64,000 nucleotides of DNA, taken from the NCBI GenBank assembly GCA_964016885.1, contig OZ024755.1, forward strand, positions 35,340,001 through 35,404,000, read 5' to 3'. A model generated the notes under the pieces. The model ran no database searches and was not told the origin of the DNA. It saw only the letters and a list, made by a program, of their open reading frames with translations. The DNA comes from Eledone cirrhosa. Lineage: Eukaryota. Below, piece by piece: positions 24,855 to 36,896 of the stretch. Numbering within the stretch: the first letter of the stretch is position 1; each line of letters begins with the position of its first letter. The translations under genes were made by a program, and so were the position numbers.

Positions 24855-26325
24855 CAGGCATGTCAACCATGTTGCCCGCAGGCCACATGCAGCCCTTTAC
24901 AAGCACACCTGTGGCCTGCACAAAGGTTTTTACAGCGCGAGCATGTTTTATGTTCAAAATATAAAATAAAAAATTTCAGTTGTAATGTGCGCAATTAGTT
25001 GTCATGTGTGGCCCTCAGACAACACGTGATCCATGTGGCCCTCAGACAACACATATGTGAACCATGTGGCCCTCAGACAACACATATGTGAACCATGTGA
25101 CCCTCAGACCACGCATATGTGACCCATGTGGGCCCCAGACAACACATGTGACCCATGTGGCCCTCAGACAACACATATGTGACCCATGTGGCCCTCAGAC
25201 AGCACATATGTGACCCATGTGGTCCCCAGACAACACATGTGACCCATGTGGTCCTCAGACAACACATGTGACCCGTGTGGCACCCAGACAACACATACGT
25301 GACCCATGTGGGCCCCAGACAACACATGTGACCCATGTGGCCCCCAGACAACACATATGTGCACCATGTGACCTTCAGACCACGCATATGTGACCCATGT
25401 GGGCCCCAGACAACACGTGACCCATGTGGCCCTCAGACAACACATATGTGACCCATGTGGCCCTCAGACAACACATGTGACCCATCTGGCCCTCAGACAA
25501 CACATATGTGAACCATGTGACCCTCAGACCACGCATATGTGACCCATGTGGGCCCCAGACAACACATGTGACCCATGTGGCCCTCAGACAACACATATGT
25601 GACCCATGTGGCCCTCAGACAGCACATATGTGACCCATGTGGTCCCCAGACAACACATGTGACCCATGTGGTCCTCAGACAACACACATGTGACCCGTGT
25701 GGCACCCAGACAACACATACGTGACCCATGTGGGCCCCAGACAACACATGTGACCCATGTGGCCCCCAGACAACACATATGTGAACCATGTGACCTTCAG
25801 ACCACGCATATGTGACCCATGTGGGCCCCAGACAACATGTGACCCATGTGGCCCTCAGACAACACATATGTGACCCATGTGGCCCTCAGACAACACATGT
25901 GACCCATGTGGGCACCAGACAACACATGTGACCCATGTGGCCCCCAGACAACACATATATGACCCATGTGGGCCCCAGACAACACATGTGACCCATGTGG
26001 GCCCCAGACAACACATGTGTCCCATGTGACCCTCAGACAGCACATATGTGACCCATGTAGGCCCCAGACAACACATGTGACCCATGTGGGCCCCAGACAA
26101 CACATGTGACCCATGTGGTCCTCAGACAGCACATATGTGACCCATGTGGGCCCTAGACAACACATGTGACCCATGTGGCCCCCAGACAACACATGTGACC
26201 CATGTGGCCCTCAGACAACGCATATGTAACTCATGTGGGCCCCAGACAACACATGTGACCCTTGTGGCCCTCAGACAACACGTGACCCATGTGACCCTTG
26301 GGTGACCCTCAGTTTGACATGCTTG
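24855..26325. mobile_element. hAT-type non-autonomous element with perfect 8-bp TSD
   Basis: TIRs CAGGCATGTCAA / TTGACATGCTTG; ATATATAG at 24847-24854 and 26326-26333. Confidence 0.9.
25003..26310. repeat. About 28-32-bp minisatellite (GACAACAC[AT]ATGTGACCCATGTGGCCCTCA)n with 420-bp higher-order repeat
   Basis: Roughly 40 or more units; identical variant strings at 25091 and 25511. Confidence 0.92.
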
Positions 26326-26526
26326 ATATATAGAGTAATGTAAATGCTAAAGGGTTAAATATTAGACAATGTAGTGGGGTTAATAAAGCCCAGTAAAATC
26401 TTTAAAGGCAGTGTTGCAGGAAAGCCACAGATAAATGTCTGATTAAAAAGACTAGCATAAAGAATATGACAAAGGACCACAAGCATTGAGATGCTGAGCA
26501 AAGGAAAACCCATCAAACCCACATGT

Positions 26527-26842
26527 GTTGGTGGTGGTGGTGGTGGTGGTGGTGGTGGTGATGATGATGATGATGATGATGATGATAACGATGTTAGGGA
26601 TGATGATAAGAACGATGTTAATAATGATGATGATGATGAGAAGAACGATATTGGTGGTGATGATAAGAACGATGATGGTGGTGATGGTGATGATAAGAAC
26701 GATGTTGGTGGTGATGGTGATGATAAGAACGATGTTGGTGGTGATGGTGATGATAAGAATGATGTTGGTGGTGGTGACGATGATGACGATGATGATGATG
26801 ATGATGGTGACGATGATGATGATGGTGACGATGATGATGATA
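26527..26842. repeat. (GGT)n/(GAT)n trinucleotide repeat with 30-bp subrepeat
   Basis: Directly visible; source of the poly-D, poly-M and poly-H ORFs. Confidence 0.9.
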
Positions 26843-27353
26843 TAATTGATATTTTAGATTCATAGACAGAATAATTGACTTCTCCGAGGAAATTATAGCC
26901 AAAGATTTGTCAATATACTACATTTCTATACCAGTGTATCAATTCATACCTATATTTCTACACATCTATCTCTCCCCCTCACATTATCCCTTTCTTTCTT
27001 TCTCTGTCATCATCATCAACGTTTAACGTCCGTGTTCCACGCTTGCATGGGTTTGGACGGGGGTTTTCCCACTTGAGACATGAGTGATTGTCTTGCTCGC
27101 TTAGGACTGTCTGGCGGGTTTTCTACAGCTGGATGCCCTTCCTAACACCAACCATATTTACAGTGTGGGGCTGGGAGGTTTTTACCGTGTTGCCTACAAT
27201 TACTAATACTCTTTTATTCCTAATTAAACCATTTTTCAACTGAACAATTTGTCAGCATTTTCTATTCCGTTTACCAATATATACAAACATGTATAAATAT
27301 TATATATATATATTATATATAAGATCAAAAGATGGTTAAATGAGTTCCATGTA

Positions 27354-27420
27354 TTTTATTATGCGCATTTCAAAAACAAATATCATCATGCAATAACATT
27401 TGTGTTTTCATCAGATAAAA
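27354..27420 (-). ncRNA. Minimal type I hammerhead ribozyme
   Basis: Exact reverse complement of 27543-27609. Confidence 0.8.
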
Positions 27421-27542
27421 TAGAAGGACATGATATGAAGGTTAAAAAACACTTGTGGGTAGTACAGTTTTAAATCAACATATGTTGATTTAAAACTGCA
27501 CTATCCACAAGTGTTTTTTAACCTTCATATCATGTCCTCCTA

Positions 27543-27609
27543 TTTTATCTGATGAAAACACAAATGTTATTGCATGATGATATTTGTTTTTGAAATGCGC
27601 ATAATAAAA
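27543..27609 (+). ncRNA. Minimal type I hammerhead ribozyme
   Basis: uuuuau-CUGAUGA-aaacacaaauguuau(ugcaug)augauauuuguuuuu-GAAA-UGCGCA (palindrome)-UA-auaaaa; predicted cleavage after 27603. Confidence 0.82.
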
Positions 27610-27775
27610 TACATGGAACTCATTTAACCATCTTTTGATCTTATATATTATGTATACTCCAGTCCTACAAACTGTAGAGTGCTTCTTATCTGATATCTGC
27701 ATTGCTTTATTGTACTACAATAAAACTCACCTCCTACATATATATATATATTATATATATACAAACATGTATAAT

Positions 27776-27809
<34 letters not shown>

Positions 27810-28021
27810 TTATATATATACAAACGTATAAATATTATATATATATATAAATATTATATATATACAAACATGTATAAATATTATATATATATTATATATG
27901 TATAAATATTATATATATATATGATGTCTAACTCATGCTAGCGTGGAAGATGGACGTTAAACGATGATGATGATGATATATACATACACATACATGTATA
28001 AATATATATATACATATGTGT

Positions 28022-28216
28022 AGGTAACACGGTAAAAACCTACCAGTCCACACTGTAAACGTGGTTGGTGTTCGGAAGGGCATCCAGCCATAGAAAACCT
28101 GCCAGACAGTCCTATACGAGCGAGACATGGTCACCCGACCAATCTTGCCTCAAGTAGGACAATTCCAATCTAAACCCATGCTAGCGTGGAAGATAGACGT
28201 TAAACGATGATGATGA
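28022..28216 (+). mobile_element. Non-autonomous retroelement with RTE-type tail
   Basis: GGAAGGGCATCCAGC...CCCATGCTAGCGTGGAA...ACGTTAAACGATGATG. Confidence 0.75.
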
Positions 28217-28739
28217 CATGTATATATATATATATATATATATGTATAAATATTCAAATATATATATATATATATGTATATACATATATATTTATATATA
28301 TGTATAAATATACAAATATATATATACATACACACATGTTTATAAGTAGTTTATAAACACGTATACTGTTTGTAAGTGTGTTTTTATAAGAACATATGTG
28401 TACAGATACATGTGTATACAGGTAAATATCTGTAGCTTGGTAGCAGAGAGAGTGAGAGGAGGAGAGAAATAATTCTATCAGTTCTTCACGTGAGATGATA
28501 AATCTAGATGTGCAATACTTCCAATGGGCTTTCAACCATCAACCATTGTTCTTAAAATGTCAAGCATTCTGCAATTCCAGTGAAAATTAATGAGCCATCA
28601 TCGCTCAATGAGACCTCTCTTAGAACTGATTAGAAGTAATAACAATACTTTTAGACAGCCATTATCAATTTTCTCTACAAATTCTTTAATCGAAAGTTGA
28701 ATGAATTTATATGAGTATTCTTTACTATTGAAAATCTTC

Positions 28740-29272
28740 ATTTAATTTTTTTTTCACTTTTTCAGTATTTTTTTTATCATATTTTTTTAATAAAATATTT
28801 TTTATATTTCGTTTTTGAATTTGTTTTACAAGATTTCTTATCTGAAAACGTGTGTGGAAACAGATATTGTTATATTTTGGGAGGGTCATGCTGCCAATAA
28901 AAACACACACATGTTGGTTTTCATTTCAATTTATTATAAATTTCCGGTTGGCTGGCTGGTTGGTTGGTTTGATATATTGACAAAACTCTTTTGTCACACA
29001 GTCTGTAACCTCCACAGTGACTGGATTTTTATTTTGTGTCTCTCCTTTGTTCTGTCCTACACCATCTTCAGAACAAAGGAGGGACACAAAATAAAAAGCC
29101 AGTCACTGAGGAGGTCACAGATTGTGTGATAAAAGAGTTTTGACAATATATGAACAACCTTCTGGTTATCAAACCAACCAGCCAACTGGAAATTCATAAT
29201 AAATTGAAGTGAAAACCAACAGGTGCATGTGTTTTTATTGGCAACATGATCTTACGAAAGTATAACAATATC
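28740..29272. mobile_element. Older, decayed copy of the 22680-23270 palindromic element
   Basis: Inverted arms around about 29062; decayed hammerheads (CUGAGGA...AAAA at 29101-29145); [20 protein letters not shown] on the minus strand. Confidence 0.7.
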
Positions 29273-29934
29273 TTTTATATTCATTTCTAAAAACCATTTT
29301 ATTTTATCAAATCTGATACTGTAGATATTCTCCCTGAATCTCAACTGAAAACTAAAAGACATTATGCATCCCCCATGACATTATTTTTCTTCTTTTCCAC
29401 GAATTAAGCTGATAGAACAATTTTTTTTAAAAGCTATGATGGAAACCATAAAATTTACTAATAGCTTGTTAAGACATTTCATTTAGCTGATGATATTTAA
29501 ATAAAATATATCATCAATTGATGAGATTTCAAGGCCTTACCCTTTACTTCTTTGAAACTTAACATTTAACGTCCTGTATCTCATCATCATCATTTTATAT
29601 GCTGACAAAGTTTGGATGGGGTGTCACAGCTTGAGACACAGTAAGGAACCACATCTTACTCATACATCCTCATTTTTGGGGCATGGTTTTTACAGTTGGA
29701 TGCTTTTCCTAATGCCAGCAACTTTACAGAGGGTACCAGGAGCTTTTATTGTAGTTCCAGCACTAGAACTTTACAAAATGTACTGGGTGCATTTTTTTGA
29801 AGCACCAACACTACCACTTTACAGAGTGTTCTGTGAACATGAAACTACATTAGTAAGACATTTTTGAAAAATATAAAACAGCACTATAACTGTTACACAC
29901 TATAGTTTTTATTTTAGTTAACTAAAAATTGTTC

Positions 29935-31365
29935 TTCTGTAAGTATGACTACAACTCCAGATCTGTATTTCTGTAAGTATGATTACAACTCCAGATCTGT
30001 ATTTCTGTAAGTATGATTACAACTCCAGATCTGTATTTCTGTAAGTAGGATTACATCTCTAGATCTGTTCTGAAAGTAGGATTACATCTCTAGATCTGTT
30101 CTGAAAGTAGGATTACATCTCTAGATCTGTTCTGAAAGTAGGATTACATCTCTAGATCTGTTCTGAAAGTAGGATTACATCTCTAGATCTGTTCTTCTGT
30201 AAGTATGATTACAACTCCAGATCTGTATTTCTGTAAGTATGACTACAACTCCAGATCTGTATTTCTGTAAGTATGATTACAACTCCAGATCTGTATTTCT
30301 GTAAGTAGGATTACATCTCTAGATCTGTTCTGAAAGTAGGATTACATCTCTAGATCTGTTCTTCTGTAAGTATGATTACAACTCCAGATCTGTATTTCTG
30401 TAAGTATGACTACAACTCCAGATCTGTATTTCTGTAAGTATGATTACAACTCCAGATCTGTTCTTCTGAAAGTAGGATTACATCTCTAGATCTGTTCTGA
30501 AAGTAGGATTACATCTCTAGATCTGTTCTTCTGAAAGTATGACTACAACTCCAGATCTGTTCTTCTGAAAGTATGACTACAACTCCAGATCTGTTCTTCT
30601 GAAAGTATGACTACAACTCCAGATCTGTTCTTCTGAAAGTATGACTACAACTCCAGATCTGTTCTTCTGAAAGTATGACTACAACTCCAGATCTGTTCTT
30701 CTGAAAGTATGACTACAACTCCAGATCTGTTCTTCTGAAAGTAGGATTACAACTCCAGATCTGTTCTTCTGAAAGTATGACTACAACTCCAGATCTGTTC
30801 TGAAAGTATGACTACAACTCCAGATCTGTTCTTCTGAAAGTATGACTACAACTCCAGATCTGTTCTTCTGAAAGTATGACTACAACTCCAGATCTGCTCT
30901 TCTGAAAGTATGACTACAACTCCAGATCTGTTCTTCTGAAAGTATGACTACAACTCCAGATCTGTTCTTCTGAAAGTAGGATTACAACTCCAGATCTGTT
31001 CTTCTGAAAGTATGACTACAACTCCAGATCTGTTCTTCTGAAAGTATGACTACAACTCCAGATCTGTTCTTCTGAAAGTATGACTACAACTCCAGATCTG
31101 TTCTTCTGAAAGTAGGATTACAACTCCAGATCTGTTCTTCTGAAAGTATGACTACAACTCCAGATCTGTTCTTCTGAAAGTATGACTACAACTCCAGATC
31201 TGTTCTGAAAGTATGACTACAACTCCAGATCTGTTCTTCTGAAAGTATGACTACAACTCCAGATCTGTTCTTCTGAAAGTATGACTACAACTCCAGATCT
31301 GTTCTTCTGAAAGTATGACTACAACTCCAGATCTGTTCTTCTGAAAGTAGCATTACAACTTCAGA
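29935..31365. repeat. 34-bp minisatellite (CTGAAAGTATGACTACAACTCCAGATCTGTTCTT)n with 31-bp variant
   Basis: About 1.4 kb; mixed variants on the left, homogeneous on the right. Confidence 0.95.
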
Positions 31366-32177
31366 AATGTGTGGGTCTTATTAGATTTAAATAAGACAAT
31401 CTCATCAATATTTTCCAAATGATTGAAAGAATATAAATGTTTTGAGTGACAGAGACACAGCCAGCCATTTTAAATGTTATTGGATTCATCTGTATTTTGC
31501 TTAGCTGTCAATGGTGACTTTAAATCTGTAATAATCTAAAGAAGAACTGCCTACCAGTGGTTGACAGTGTGAAAGACGAGGTGAACTCCAGTATACCTTT
31601 CCTATAATATAAGACTGACTATCTTTCAGAGCTAGCAAACATATAAAAGAATCTGTGGTTGTCCAAATTTGGTTCAATGAAGTGTCAACACTAACACTTG
31701 AAACTCACTCCAGATCTTTCATATTCTAGCAACCTTTTGATTGAATCACAGTAAGTGAATAGATGTATGAATAAATAAATAAATTAATCATCTGTAGCAC
31801 TCTTCCAAAAGTTATGTAATGAAAGAGCTTTTCATTTTTGCTATATTAACATCTTATGGTTAATATACAGATGCATAACATCATTTTAATTATCTTCTTG
31901 CAAATTTATGCACACAGAAACTTTTTGTTCAATACTTCAAGTCAGAATGGTAGAATTCACGGAAAGAAACTATAACTAATTTATATCCCACCATTGGCAT
32001 CCCATAATTCCCAAATCTCAGTAGAAATTTTATGCTATCTTCAAATAAACCCACATGACACCGATCCATGATATTCTGAAGTAATTAAAATGTGGATGAA
32101 AGCCTGCTATTTCAGCAAACATACCAAAGTCAGAAAAATTTGGATGAAAGATGGAGAGGGAGAATTTCTGTTTACCC

Positions 32178-32674
32178 AACCCTTTAGCATTTAAACTGGC
32201 CATATCCAGCCAGAATTCTCTCACCTCTTTCTGTTCAAACTGGCTGTAACTGGTCACTCATACTGACGTTAAGGTATTGTTCTCAAAATAAATAATATCA
32301 AAATCTCATAGATTTGATATTATGTGAGATAATTATGTGAAGTAAAGCCTTTATCACAAAATATAGTAAATATAGAGTAATCTAAATGGTAATGGGTTAA
32401 ATATGTCACAAATAGGGTACTGGTGATGGCATTTTGTGAGTGATGTCTCCTATGTCTAGATCAAGACAGTGTTCAAAGCAGCCAGAATTCTCTACCTCTT
32501 TCTTTTGAAACTGGCTGTAACTGGTCACTCAAACTGATGTAAGGTATTGTTCTCAAAATAAATACTTTCAAAATCTCATAGATTCGATATTATGTGAGAT
32601 AATTATGTGAGGTAAAGCCTTTACCATGAAAATATAATAGTATATATAGAGTAATGTGAATGCTAAAGGGTTAA
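32178..32674 (+). mobile_element. Two piggyBac-type MITE copies (32178-32400, 32470-32674)
   Basis: CCCTTTAGCATTTAAAC...GGGTTAA family sequence. Confidence 0.85.
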
Positions 32675-34264
32675 TTCAATAAGAGGAAGGGTAGTGGTGT
32701 TTAATACTTCTGTAGACCATGCCGAGGTTCTGCGACTAATGCGGCTGATGCTGAACAACTGCAGGAAGAGATCTGTGCTTGAGTATGGGAGTGAAATAAG
32801 AGCTCTTGTTCAAATGCTTGCAAGAGAGAGAACTGTATTGAAGGCACCCAAGGAGCATGTAAAGCTCTTAGACATATATTTTGGCTAAACTGATAATGCC
32901 GTCCTCTTGATCCCAGTCAAAACACAATTCCAAATTATAAAAGCTGATCCTTGGTTTTGGAGTAAAGTTACTCGATAGTGTGTGTAGCTTATAGATCAGA
33001 GAATCATTCCAGGTAGAGCTGCCACTTCTCTGAATTGAGAGATTACAGCTCCAATATAGGTTACAGTTATTGAGTGCTGACAGTGCACAATCCACTCCTA
33101 CTTAGGGATTAATTTTGTCCTGCATAATCAAAAACTGGATGATGATGATGATGATGATTGATCCCGACATGTTTTGGTATTATTGGATCTCATCAGCAGA
33201 CATTCTTCAGACATGCCACAGTAATGATGAGATAATCATTAAGTAGAACTGCAATATTGTACATGAGGAGGGATAAAATTAAACCTTTTAAGGAATAAAT
33301 TACTGAGTGAATTTATTCCGGAATGCCATCTGCATGTAAAACACTAATCAGTTACTATATTTAATGCAGTTAGTTTTAAAAAGATAATTAGAAATGATTA
33401 TGGCTGCATATATTGGACACAAATCCAAATATGTTTCAGAATTATCTTGAGAAATGAATTCTATAACAAGTAATTTATTCTCTATAATAAGCTAATTTTA
33501 TGATTACGAACTCAATGTTTATCTGTATTCATTTTGCATTCTCTCAGCACAATTTCAGCTAATAGGATTTACATATACTTCACTGAAGATGTTTAACTTC
33601 ACTGAAGATGTTTAACAACACTGAAATATGCCAAGAGTTATCTTTGTTGTTTTCCATATTTGCAGCTACAATGAAAATAATGCTTGATCATAGGGCATCT
33701 GACTTACATACATTTCTTTACTTTTCAAGGTGTATTGAGTACATTTTATTGTAGTACCAGCACTAGGAAGTGGGGTGGGGTTCATATCTTTGACATAAGT
33801 GAATAGTCCATTCAAGCTTTAGTTTCACTAGTTTTCTACAGCTGGATGCTCCTTAAAATTTGCATCACCAGTCTGAAACTGTTCAGGGATGTGCAACCAA
33901 ACGAATACCCTCCAGCATGCATCTACCATATTCTGAACACCTTGCTTCCCTGGGCATGGATATGTTAAAACACAGATGCCTAGTAACTGATTTAGTAGAC
34001 ACCCACAAAATTATTTATTAACTATCAAGGAATGTCATATTTACAAGAAACTTCAAAGTGATACCTTGTTCACCTCCAGCTTTCATATCGTCAAAGAAAT
34101 ATGTAATTTTATTCACAGTTGTATAAATAACATTACAAATTGTTCACATTTCTTTCAGAATGAAAATATAAACATATTATTATATTTTTATAGACATTGT
34201 ATTTATTATAATTCATTGAACAAAAATGATAAAGGGAGGAAAAAAGAGAGGTGGGGTGGTAATT

Positions 34265-34575
34265 CTCTACCAAGTGCGACAATCGGCCGCACATCACACC
34301 TTAGGGGTTAACTACACACTTCGAGGCAAGTCAACACACTCGCAGCATTACCACAGATGATGGCAAGGCTAAGGCACTGAAACGGCCAGGTACCCTGACA
34401 GGAATCACCTGACACCTCAGTATGGTGAGTCTAAGGTGCTGAAACAACCAGGTACCCTCATAGGAATCACCTGACACCTCAGTAAGGTGAGCCGCCAGTG
34501 ATAACAAGAACTTCGCTGTCAGTGGCCTGACTCCACCAAATGTCTCGAACATCAGAGGCTGGGAAAAATAATTTC
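34265..34575 (-). mobile_element. RLE-type (CRE-like) non-LTR retrotransposon 3' fragment
   Basis: PLMFETFGG...FL..LA..L.EVSGD....WLFQ...LSLAIICGNAASVL; 54-bp internal duplication; second piece at 44300-44475. Confidence 0.65.
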
Positions 34576-34581
34576 TGGATA

Positions 34582-34770
34582 ATAATTGTTTCTACTTTTG
34601 GCACAAGGCCAGCAATTACCCCCAGTACATTACTGTTACTTTATTTTATCGACCCCGTAAGGATGAAAGGCAAAGTTAACCTCGGCGGGATTTGAACTCA
34701 GACCGTAAAGGGACATAACTCTATGCTGGAAAGCATAATGTCCAGCCCTCTACCGATACTGCCAATCCAC
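34582..34770 (-). mobile_element. SINE family A, full length
   Basis: Reverse-complement match. Confidence 0.9.
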
Positions 34771-35526
34771 TGTATGTCCAATAATAATAATTGTGAAGGC
34801 CAGTTGTAGATATTCTTAACTCCATTCATCCAAAAAGGAATTATAATATATCTACATCTGGCCTTCGTAATTATCATTATTGTATCATGGACTACCAAAT
34901 TGCTTTTGGAAGGATACACAAGTTGTCAAGTGCTTGAATGCTTGAATCTAATTATATCATCATTTACTGATGTGTTGCATGCACAGCCCTCGTAGTCAAC
35001 ATATTATAACAAAAGTATGTAGCTTTCTCAGCACATCCCGAAGAACAATTACTCTGAATCAAAAGTGATATAGGATAGAGAAGGCACTTTAGTCCTGACA
35101 ATTTCTTTAGTGTTGGTAGTATTTTAAGATGTATCCTAGGCATCCTTTAAACATTTTGTTCTTTGTGTTCAAATAATTATTGTTTGGAGACAACAAAACT
35201 TATGATATCCTAAATTTTTCACTGAGGCAGAGACAACATCTCTTGGTATCACTGGTGTAAGATCTGGACCTTTCAAGTGCCTTTCAAGCAACATATGAGA
35301 CCCCCTTCTCCTTTAATTGCCAGACTCTTTATCAGAGCCATGCTGCTTCTCATATCAGAATTCATGAAGGAATGGAGATGTAAGTAAAAACATTGTTTAA
35401 ACCTATCTTGCATCAAACTCACATATCATTGACTAACTTCAGAAGTTTCTGTGGTTTTGTGTTTAATCTCAGCCTTATAAAACAACAAATTTGATATTAC
35501 ATTTCTTTTCGAGAGGGCAGTTCCCT

Positions 35527-35743
35527 TTAATCCTTTAGTGTTCAAACCGGCCATAATTCTCTACCTCTTTCTGTTGAAACTGGCTGTAACTGGTTGCTCA
35601 AACTGATGTTAAGGTATTATTCACAAAATAAATACTTTCAAAATCTCATAGATTCGATATTATGTGAGATATTATGTGAGGTAAAGCCTTTACCATGAAA
35701 AATATAATAGTATATATAAAATAATGTGAATGCTAAAGGGTTA
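35527..35743 (+). mobile_element. piggyBac-type MITE
   Basis: TTAA...GAATGCTAAAGGGTTAA. Confidence 0.85.
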
Positions 35744-35992
35744 AACCTACAAGAGCAATTTGGATTTACATCAGGTTTATTTTTTGCCATGATTTTTTAT
35801 CTGATAGATGGGCCACAGAAACATGATATCTTGATGGAGGAGTGATGGAAGATTTTACTGTAACTATATTGTGGTGGGAAATGTACACACACATATATAT
35901 ATATACACACATACACATACATACACATATTAAAGGAAAAGCGGAGGTGCAAACCAAATAATTCTTCTTTGTTAACATTTTCATATATATAT

Positions 35993-36328
35993 GGAGGCAC
36001 ATGGCTTAGAGGTTAGAGCATTGGCCTTGCAATCGAAAGGTTATGAGTTCAATTCTCAGACCGGGTGATGTGTTGTTTCCTTGAGCAAGACACTTTATTT
36101 CACGTTGCTCCAGTTTACTCAGCTGTAGAAATGAGATGATAGGGACTGGGGTCCCTATCATTCCACTGCAAAGTGATCGTAGAGGTGCCACAGCAAAAAA
36201 GCACTCACTGTAAATGAGGTTGGTGTTAGGAAAGGCATCCAGCTGTAGAAATCAAGCCAGAATCAGTTCCCGTCCCACCCTTGCAAGCAGGGAAAAGTGG
36301 ACGTAAAAATGATGATGATGATGATGAT
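35993..36328 (+). mobile_element. CORE-like tRNA SINE with RTE-type tail
   Basis: GGAGGCACATGGCTTAGAGGTTAGAGC head, GAGTTCAATTCT B-box, CORE-like block, tail CCCTTGCAAGCAGGGAAAAGTGGACGTAAAAATGATGATG. Confidence 0.85.
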
Positions 36329-36576
36329 ATATATATGTATATATATTTATCGACAGTCAATCAACTTTCGTCAAAATGAAGCAAGGAAACAATGTTTCCG
36401 TTGGTCTTTCCAATTGCTAATACTATCTATTGGTTGCAACTCCAGGTAGAAAGAGCAACGGGAAATAAGGTGTCTTGCCCAAAGACACAACGCATCACCT
36501 GGTCTGGGAATCAAACTCACAACCTCATGACTGCGAATCCAATGAAATACAGAGAAATAGTTGGGGAGATATATAT

Positions 36577-36760
36577 TTGTTTCTACTTTAGGCACAAGGC
36601 CAACAATTACCCAGTTCATTACTGGTACTTTATTTTATCGACCCCGTAAGGATGAAAGGCAAAGTCAACCTCGGCAGGATTTGAACTCAGATCGTAAAGG
36701 GACGTAACTATGCTGGAAAGCATGGCGTCCGACCCTCTACCAATACTGCCAATCCACTGC
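36577..36760 (-). mobile_element. SINE family A with TSD (tggggagatatatatt)
   Basis: Full-length reverse copy with a flanking direct repeat. Confidence 0.88.
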
Positions 36761-36896
36761 CTGGGGAGATATATATTGATAGTCTGATAGAGAGAGAGAT
36801 AGATAAGTAAATGTTTAACTATGAATTGTCTCTGAGTTAAGATATTCAGATATTGTGTTTTTAGGTTTTTCATTTTTAAACATGATTTATATTGTT

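Larger units (their letters stand above)
24660..26358 (+). mobile_element. piggyBac-type MITE split by a nested hAT element
   Basis: Family body 24660-24854 resumes at 26334 and ends TAAATGCTAAAGGGTTAA. Confidence 0.85.
27316..27735. mobile_element. Spacerless palindromic hammerhead-bearing element between (TA)-rich tracts
   Basis: About 165-bp arms centred on aacat|atgtt (27482/27483); the right side continues with a unique flank also seen at 54855-55110. Confidence 0.78.

Noticed and set aside
25003-26310. CRISPR-like appearance of 30-34-bp repeats (also 29935-31365)
   Set aside because: Head-to-tail units without unique spacers, no cas genes, eukaryotic context.
26491-26902. Poly-Asp/Gly and poly-His ORFs
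   Set aside because: Trinucleotide repeat open in several frames; no splice or domain support.
32694-33095. Overlapping short ORFs in unique sequence
   Set aside because: No recognisable motif or splice signals; cannot be assigned without a search.
33162-33200. Minus-strand CUGAUGA...AAAACAUGUC hammerhead-like motif
   Set aside because: GAAA is mutated and neither stem I nor stem II pairs convincingly; at most a relic.
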